64,000 nt of DNA, taken from positions 256,001 to 320,000 of the forward strand of contig CBDCTZ010000011.1 of NCBI GenBank assembly GCA_965222375.1, in the 5' to 3' direction. The first letter of the stretch is position 1. Each line of letters begins with the position of its first letter. The position numbers were made by a program, and so were the translations under genes. Shown in pieces: positions 58,121 to 64,000 of this stretch. This stretch comes from Polyangiaceae bacterium (lineage in GTDB: Bacteria > Myxococcota_A > Polyangia > Polyangiales > Polyangiaceae). Below the pieces are notes generated by a model. The model did not search any database, had not been told where the DNA came from, and saw only the letters and a list, made by a program, of their open reading frames with translations.

Positions 58121-59512
58121 CTAGACGCGCTGAGCCTCCTCACGCAGCGCTGAGATGGCGTCGTCGACGCGATCCTGGTGCGTGCGAAAACACAGGACGC
58201 AGATCCGGAGCGTAAGGCGGTCGTGAAGCCGGGTGCTGGATAAGAATACTCGCCCCCGTGCGTTCACGCGGTCGAGCAAGCGCGCGTTGGCATCATCGTC
58301 ACGATCCTTCAGTCGAAAGGCGACGACGGATAGCTGGGGCTGTTCCAGCAGTTCGAAGCGTGGGTCCGCTCCCAGTCGCTCTGCTGCTTCCCGGGCGAGA
58401 TCGAGTTTTTCCGCCAGGGCTTGGCGGAACGCGCCCGCGCCATGGAGCATCAGAGGCAACCAGAGACCCAGGCCACGAAATGCTCGAGAGAGTTCGGGTG
58501 ACAGATCCGTGAAGTTGTCTTGGTCTTCGTCGGGCATGACATCGCGCAAGTAGTCCGCGTCACTGTGGTGGGCTGCGCGCAGCGCTCCCGCGTCGCGCAT
58601 GAGCAAGCAACCCGTGCCGTACGGAAGGAACAGCCCCTTGTGAGGATCGAGAGCGATCGAGTCTGCTAGCTCCAGGCCCGGAACGAGCGCCGGATCGACC
58701 CAGCGAAAGAAGCCACCGTAAGCCGCGTCGGCGTGTACCCAGAGCCGCTCCGCCTCAGCGATTTCCGCAAGTTCGGGAATAGGGTCGACAGCGCCGGTGT
58801 TTGTCGTGCCCGCGTTGACGTTGAGCAGGAAAGGAATCTTGCCCGCGTTTCGATCGACTTTGACGGCGTCGCTGAGCGCGCCCGGCACCAAACGAAAGCG
58901 CTCGTCCACGGGCAACAGGCGGATCTGGTCTCGTCGGAAACCAGCGATGCGCGCGGCCTTCGGCATGGACGCGTGGGTTTCCTCGGAAGCGTAGATCACC
59001 GCGCGACTGAAGTCGTCGCCGAGTCGCGCGACCCGCGCGCTCACGATGGCAGCGAGGTTCGAAAGGGAGCCACCTGTCGTCAGTATGCCTCGGGCTGTGC
59101 TCGGGTAGCCCATGCTTGCGGCGAGCCAACGCAGGGTCGTTGCTTCGATCTCCGCCAGTACTGGTGCGGCCTTCGCGACGCCCACATAGCGATTCACGCT
59201 GGCAGCGATGTAGGTACCCAACGCAGACGATGGCAAGCCGCCACCAGGAATGAATGCCAGATAGCCTGGGCCCGGGGTCGTAAAAGACTTGGTGACCGCA
59301 GGGCCGAGGCGCGCAAGCAAGCCGTCCAAGGCCGTGCCTCGCTCTGGCATGGGCTCTTGGAAGCTGACGGCAAGCTCGCGTGCCCCTTGGGTGTTCGCAG
59401 CGGGCAGCCTCTTCAGCGCCTCGAGTTGGTCGAGAACGAAGCGCACCGCGGCGTCCGTCCAGGCGGATAGGGTTTTGTCGTCAGGTTCCAGGGGTGCCGA
59501 CACGGTTTGCAC
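58121..59512 (-). CDS. Group II PLP-dependent decarboxylase (aromatic-L-amino-acid decarboxylase-like)
   Basis: GGSLSN, HASMPKA, GTTNTGAVDP, HADAAYGG, DSIALDPHK, ELSRAFR. Confidence 0.92.
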   Translation of the reverse strand: MQTVSAPLEPDDKTLSAWTDAAVRFVLDQLEALKRLPAANTQGARELAVSFQEPMPERGTALDGLLARLGPAVTKSFTTPGPGYLAFIPGGGLPSSALGTYIAASVNRYVGVAKAAPVLAEIEATTLRWLAASMGYPSTARGILTTGGSLSNLAAIVSARVARLGDDFSRAVIYASEETHASMPKAARIAGFRRDQIRLLPVDERFRLVPGALSDAVKVDRNAGKIPFLLNVNAGTTNTGAVDPIPELAEIAEAERLWVHADAAYGGFFRWVDPALVPGLELADSIALDPHKGLFLPYGTGCLLMRDAGALRAAHHSDADYLRDVMPDEDQDNFTDLSPELSRAFRGLGLWLPLMLHGAGAFRQALAEKLDLAREAAERLGADPRFELLEQPQLSVVAFRLKDRDDDANARLLDRVNARGRVFLSSTRLHDRLTLRICVLCFRTHQDRVDDAISALREEAQRV

Positions 59513-59597
59513 CCTAGCCTCGAAAGGTGCGCGCTGGCCGCAATTAGTTTTGTCGGCGCACTAGGACGTGTCGAGCCAGGGTGGGTGGCAAGAAGGA

Positions 59598-61430
59598 TCA
59601 ACGATCGCGGATCTGAGCGAGCGTGCGCGAAAGCTTGGCATCGTCCTTGAAACAACAAGCACCCTTTTTGACCGTGCAGCCGGGGGGGCGGAGCTTTTCG
59701 AGCTGACGTGCGGTTCGCTCGTCGCCTACCTTGGCAGCGATACCGAAGCGCTCGAGCTTTCGGGTGCAGTTCATGCGCCGAATGTCGAGGGTGACGCGCA
59801 GAGCAGGGGAGGCTCGCTCCACGCTCTCCAGTCGGTACAGAATTATCTTCGCGCGCTCCGCCGCTTTGGTCGAGGGGTCATGTTCGAGCACGCCATACAA
59901 GATATCTAGGCCCAGAGTACCAGTGCGGTGAGCGAGCTGGTCGACAACCTTGTTGATGGCCTCGTCCTCGGGATCAGACCGAGAGAGCATGCTGATGGTC
60001 TTCTTCTGAACGTCAGCATCCTTCAGTGCTTCCGAGTCACCCTCCATCATGAGCAGCCACGCCTTGGCTGCGTCCGCCTTGTCGGCACGTGTGAGGAACT
60101 TGGCTTTGACGCTCTGTTCGAGATCTTGAACCGCTGCATCCGCTTTGGCCTCACGGCCGCTCGCAGCCGGGGTCGGTGTGGGTGTGGCCGGAGGGGCCGA
60201 GGCCAGGTTTGCGGCCGAAGTCGAGGGTGCCGTGTCTGGCGCCTTGCCGTTCGAAACCGAAAGCGTGACCACGGTAATCCCGACGCCCAATGTGACGAGC
60301 CCACCCACGATTGCAATGGCAGGCCGAGCTTGCATCCAAGCGAGCGCGGTGGCGAAGAGGCTCTTTTCTGCCGCTCGCGGCGCCCGAGCGACTGGTTTGG
60401 CATCGTCACTCGGTTCGAGGACGGACGCGGAATTGCGTAGCGCGGGAGCAGCCGGTGGACGATAGGACTCCTGCGTCGTGAAAAAACCTTGAATGCCTCG
60501 GGTCGCGCCGGCGATCGCGGCTGCTGCCGCATTGGCGTCCTGCCAGCGCTCTTCCGGGGCTTTGGCGAGTAAGCGCATGATCACCCATTCGAGGTCTTGG
60601 GGGGCATTGCAATCCGGATTGCGTTCGCGCAGCGGAGGCGGCGGTGTTTTGCGCTGCTGCTCAAACAGCTGCACCGCCGGCAGAGTGACGTCAAAGGGGT
60701 GCTTGCTCGCGAGCATCTCGTAGAAGATCAAACCCAAGGCATAGAGATCCGAGCGCTCGTCCACGTTCTTCATCCCGAGAAACGCGTCCGGCGCCAGGTA
60801 CGCCATGCTGCCGAATACGACCCCGGCTTTGGAGGTCTCCCAGTCCGGAAGTGCGTCGTCATCAGGCACCTGAGGAAGCGCCTCGATGGGAACACGCGCG
60901 AAGCCAAAGTCGATCAACTTGACCAGATCGTCAGTGTTTTCGACGAGCATCACGTTGGTCGGCTTCAGATCCCGATGAACGATTCCATGCACGTGCGCAG
61001 CGGCAAGGGCCTCGGCAATCTGCCGAGCGATGAACGCCGCGCGGGTTGCCGGGATTGGCCCGCGGTCCATCAGCTCTCGCAGGGTTTCACCCGGTACGTA
61101 CTCCTGAACCAGGAAGTAGGAATCGCCATCGAACTTCCCCAGGTCACTCGCGACGGCCACGTTTGGATGCGAGATGTGGGCACCTGCAACCGCCTCTCGC
61201 TCGAAGCGCTCTACGAGCTCCGGAAAGTTCTCGATCTCCGGGTGCAGCACCTTGATGGCGACCTGCTTGTGCATGTGCAGATGCGCTCCGCGGTAGACCG
61301 CGCCGAAGGCGCCGGCCGCGATCAACTCGTCCACCCGATAGCGATCCGACAGCACGCGCCCAATCAGTTCTGGGCGCGCCGTCATTCCCTTCGGCACTGC
61401 GTCCGGCGGTTTCTTGTCGGCAGGGGGCAT
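59598..61430 (-). CDS. Membrane Ser/Thr protein kinase (1 TM + C-terminal helical/Cys domain)
   Basis: GAFGAVY, AIK, HRDLKPTN, DFG, YLAPD, SDLYALG. Confidence 0.92.
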   Translation of the reverse strand: MPPADKKPPDAVPKGMTARPELIGRVLSDRYRVDELIAAGAFGAVYRGAHLHMHKQVAIKVLHPEIENFPELVERFEREAVAGAHISHPNVAVASDLGKFDGDSYFLVQEYVPGETLRELMDRGPIPATRAAFIARQIAEALAAAHVHGIVHRDLKPTNVMLVENTDDLVKLIDFGFARVPIEALPQVPDDDALPDWETSKAGVVFGSMAYLAPDAFLGMKNVDERSDLYALGLIFYEMLASKHPFDVTLPAVQLFEQQRKTPPPPLRERNPDCNAPQDLEWVIMRLLAKAPEERWQDANAAAAAIAGATRGIQGFFTTQESYRPPAAPALRNSASVLEPSDDAKPVARAPRAAEKSLFATALAWMQARPAIAIVGGLVTLGVGITVVTLSVSNGKAPDTAPSTSAANLASAPPATPTPTPAASGREAKADAAVQDLEQSVKAKFLTRADKADAAKAWLLMMEGDSEALKDADVQKKTISMLSRSDPEDEAINKVVDQLAHRTGTLGLDILYGVLEHDPSTKAAERAKIILYRLESVERASPALRVTLDIRRMNCTRKLERFGIAAKVGDERTARQLEKLRPPGCTVKKGACCFKDDAKLSRTLAQIRDR

Positions 61431-61539
61431 GGTCGAGCTTCCCAGTAGGAAGACCCTAGAATTGTAGCGGGCGCCCGGCGGGAGGGAAAATACGCGCCGG
61501 ATCGGTCGGAGTTTCTGGCTGGAGCGCTCAGGGCATCGG

Positions 61540-62313
61540 GTGGCTCCGGCTTGCTGTTATCTTGCGTTGGCGTTCATGCCTTGCCCGGACATCGACTCTC
61601 TCTCACGCGCCAGTGTCGCACCCTATCGGTGGCGCACACTTGGCGTCGCCTTTCTCGCCACCTGTTCGGGCTGTGTTGTGAACCAACGCGCGGTCGAACG
61701 TCCGAACACGAGGGAAGCGGTGGTCCTGGTGGGCAGCGCAGCGCTGCCCGAACCGATTGACGGCCTGGCGCGCCATCCTTGGATTTCCTTGCGTGAAGCG
61801 GAATCGAGGGCGTGGGAGCGGTGGGAAGTGATGTGTTGTCCGGAGGGAAGAGCCGGCGGCACCGTTCGCCGCTCCAACGTGGGCCCCTTGAGCGATCATG
61901 GCGCAGGGGGCGGCGACGTTCGCATTCATGCGATCTATTCCGGGAAGCGAGCAGAGCGCATGATCGCGTGCTTGCGTCGTGAGGCGCCGCGCTATCCCTA
62001 TCGACATCAGTACCGTGCGTGGCCCGGGCCCAATAGCAACACCTTCGTCGACTACATGTCTCGCGAGTGCGGGATCGCCGTCGATCTCCCCGCAGGCTCG
62101 ATAGGCAAGGACTACCGCGGGGTGGTTGTCGGGATGTCGACGACCTCCGGCGGCACGGGCGTGCAGTTCGAAACCCCCATCATCGGCACGAAGCTCGGCC
62201 TGACGGAGGGAGTCGAGGTCCATCTGTTTGGGATGGCGTGGGGCATCGACTTTTGGCCGCCTGCGTTGATCGTGCCCGTGGGGCCGGGTCGCATCGGCTT
62301 TGACGATCGTTGA
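61540..62313 (+). CDS. DUF3750-like lipoprotein
   Basis: HPWI, YPY...YRAWPGPNSNTFV, LP..SIGKDY, S.GGTG.Q. Start uncertain. Confidence 0.8.
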   Translation: MAPACCYLALAFMPCPDIDSLSRASVAPYRWRTLGVAFLATCSGCVVNQRAVERPNTREAVVLVGSAALPEPIDGLARHPWISLREAESRAWERWEVMCCPEGRAGGTVRRSNVGPLSDHGAGGGDVRIHAIYSGKRAERMIACLRREAPRYPYRHQYRAWPGPNSNTFVDYMSRECGIAVDLPAGSIGKDYRGVVVGMSTTSGGTGVQFETPIIGTKLGLTEGVEVHLFGMAWGIDFWPPALIVPVGPGRIGFDDR

Positions 62314-62326
62314 GGCGGGTGCGAGC

Positions 62327-63049
62327 TCAATCCCCGATCTGTCCATCGACGGTGTAGCCCAAGACGAGCCCGTAGCCGGTTGCGCCAAGCCACTGCCGCA
62401 ACTGACCTCCGATGAATAAGCCCCGGCTTGCGTCGAAACCCCAGCGGCGCCGCTCACTTCCGATGCGCAAGCCCGCTCCAGCATCGAATTCATCGGCGAA
62501 GCGAACAGCCTCGGAGCCGTGCCGCCGCGCATCCACGCTGAGCCAGGCAGGGCGAAAGAAGGCTGCGAAATGAAAAGGCCCGGGCAACTGTAGCTCCACC
62601 CGCGCCTCCGCAATCCAACGCGGCGCAAACGGGACTCGAGCCGTGACGCCAGACAAGTCGCCGCCTCCCATCACTGTCACCCAAGCAATGCCATCGACGA
62701 AGGCCGCGATGCCCACGGGCATCAGTCGTGCTTCGTAGGAAAACCCACCCGGAATACTGGCGCCGAAGTGGTAGCCCATGCCTGCGGCGATTCCCATCGG
62801 AAAGCTCCCCAGTGCAATGCCGCCGCGAAGATCGAGACCGGCGCTGGCAATGAAATCCGGAGAGGCGTGGTCGCGCTCGCTAAACCCGAGGCCCTGCGCC
62901 CCTATCACCACCGACGCCCCGCCGTGGTCGGGTTTGGCCGAAGCCACACGCGGAATTGCACTCAGCAGTGCGATCGACAAAGCGGTGCGCCACAACACGG
63001 TTGCCGGTGCACGATAGCCCAAAGCGCGTTGATGGATCGAGCCGCCCAA
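62327..63049 (-). CDS. Hypothetical secreted/outer-membrane beta-barrel-like protein
   Basis: Signal ending ASA-K; amphipathic beta strands; SD GGAGG before TTG. Confidence 0.65.
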   Translation of the reverse strand: MGGSIHQRALGYRAPATVLWRTALSIALLSAIPRVASAKPDHGGASVVIGAQGLGFSERDHASPDFIASAGLDLRGGIALGSFPMGIAAGMGYHFGASIPGGFSYEARLMPVGIAAFVDGIAWVTVMGGGDLSGVTARVPFAPRWIAEARVELQLPGPFHFAAFFRPAWLSVDARRHGSEAVRFADEFDAGAGLRIGSERRRWGFDASRGLFIGGQLRQWLGATGYGLVLGYTVDGQIGD

Positions 63050-63063
63050 TTTGGCCTCCTGCG

Positions 63064-63100
63064 AGAGTAGTGGCCCGGGGTCGCCCCAGGGACGCGACCC
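63064..63100 (-). promoter_or_regulatory. Dispersed promoter-like motif, copy E
   Basis: Minus strand reads GGGTCG-cgt-CCCTG-gggcgaccccGGGCCAC-TACTCT, then cgcaGGAGG and the TTG start at 63049. Confidence 0.6.
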
Positions 63101-63178
63101 TCAAAAACCAGACTTCAGTAATGAGTTTAGACGTTGTCCTTCAGGCGAAGCCAGCGCCATTAATGCTACCCTGCCGCG

Positions 63179-64000
63179 GTGTTACTAAGAGCGGCTTACC
63201 TTGCGAGCCCGCTATTCGCCGTCGTCGCGTGTCGCGGTGCGGCGCCTCCCGTCCACTCGGAGCAGAGCCCCAGGCTAGCCGCCCACCAAAGCGCGCCGGA
63301 TGTGGGCCTAGCCGATGCCGCCACCGTCGCACCGAAACCAACTCCGCCCTCTGCCCCGGCGCAGTTGGAGCCCGACGGAAACGACGAGGGCATAGAAACG
63401 CAGGCCGTGCTGCCCGCGCGAGGCAAGTTCGTCAAAGTGGGACGCCACTTCGCATCGCTGCAGCGAACCTGTGACCTGCGCGCCTTCGGCGGCAAGCTCT
63501 ACGCGGCACACGCCACGCGCCCCCTCATGTTCAGTGGTGCAACCATCACTCGCTACCATCCGGGGGAGCAGCGCTTCGAGTTGATGTTCGATTGGAATCG
63601 CCCAGGCCAGCCCGTCAAAGGCGGTGGGGCGGGACAGGGATTCTTGCGGGTGCGCGCGATTGACGGCCGCCTCTACGTTCCCGATGCCGACCCGCCCTAC
63701 CTGGGCTTGGGCATGACGCGCTTCGGCACCGAGGGTTACATCTTTGTCTCGGGCGCCGAGGGCAAATTCGCACCCGCGCGCCGTCCCGGCTTCCTGCCAC
63801 CCGCACTGTCCAAGGACGGCAAGGCCGGTAGCTTCGTGCTCCCGGGCGCGCTGCACGTTTTCGACGTGATCCGCTTCCGAGGTCGACTCTACGCGTCCAC
63901 TGGATCCGTGCTGAAGGACTGGAGCAAGAGCGGCGCGTCACCGGCAGCGCTTCACGTTAGCGCCGATTCGGGACTCTGGAAGGTGGCCGCCACGCACCCG
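63179..64000 (+). CDS. Hypothetical lipoprotein (beta-propeller-like), truncated by the window end
   Basis: Manual translation from GTG 63179: MLLRAAYLASPLFAVVAC...AFGGKLYAA...AIDGRLYVP...RFRGRLYAS. Open to the window edge. Confidence 0.7.
   Translation, partial: MLLRAAYLASPLFAVVACRGAAPPVHSEQSPRLAAHQSAPDVGLADAATVAPKPTPPSAPAQLEPDGNDEGIETQAVLPARGKFVKVGRHFASLQRTCDLRAFGGKLYAAHATRPLMFSGATITRYHPGEQRFELMFDWNRPGQPVKGGGAGQGFLRVRAIDGRLYVPDADPPYLGLGMTRFGTEGYIFVSGAEGKFAPARRPGFLPPALSKDGKAGSFVLPGALHVFDVIRFRGRLYASTGSVLKDWSKSGASPAALHVSADSGLWKVAATHP

Noticed and set aside
295..63941. Hundreds of long antisense or alternate-frame ORFs in the ORF track
   Set aside because: They are Arg/Ala/Pro-rich shadow ORFs expected in high-GC DNA, overlap well-supported genes and lack motifs.
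1..64000. tRNA, rRNA, tmRNA, RNase P or SRP RNA genes; defence systems; prophage
   Set aside because: No signature sequences or marker genes were recognised by eye. A tRNAscan/Infernal/DefenseFinder run would be needed to exclude them formally.

Overview
A high-GC, gene-dense chromosomal window. It is probably from a myxobacterium (Polyangiaceae/Sorangium-like), inferred from three eukaryote-like Ser/Thr kinases, many Gly/Ser-linker Cys-rich lipoproteins and a MYXO-CTERM tail. Housekeeping genes at the left (rseP, rsmB, dapA, dapB, lgt, SMUG1-type uracil-DNA glycosylase, fabH) are followed by mostly accessory envelope, signalling and hydrolase genes. Two lesions can be read directly from the sequence. 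The first is a complete 3.2-kb IS21-family element (50992-54203, GCTAT target duplication, two passenger ORFs) that splits a MYXO-CTERM protein gene. The second is a 5'-nucleotidase gene with an internal out-of-frame deletion. The most intriguing unexplained signal is a dispersed promoter-like motif, GGGTCG-N2/3-CMCTG-N16/17-TACTCT, found by eye five times. Two intact copies point into ~110-130 nt self-complementary non-coding stretches rather than genes, which suggests a small-RNA/regulon family. Other points of interest are two adjacent lipoproteins that fuse one ComEA-like HhH module to different phosphatases, a secreted AAC4-like (nuclease-fold) lipoprotein, a NavPp-type (TLEDWTD) channel, and many apparently leaderless genes. 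No rRNA, tRNA or CRISPR array was seen. All family assignments are from motif recognition, not database searches.
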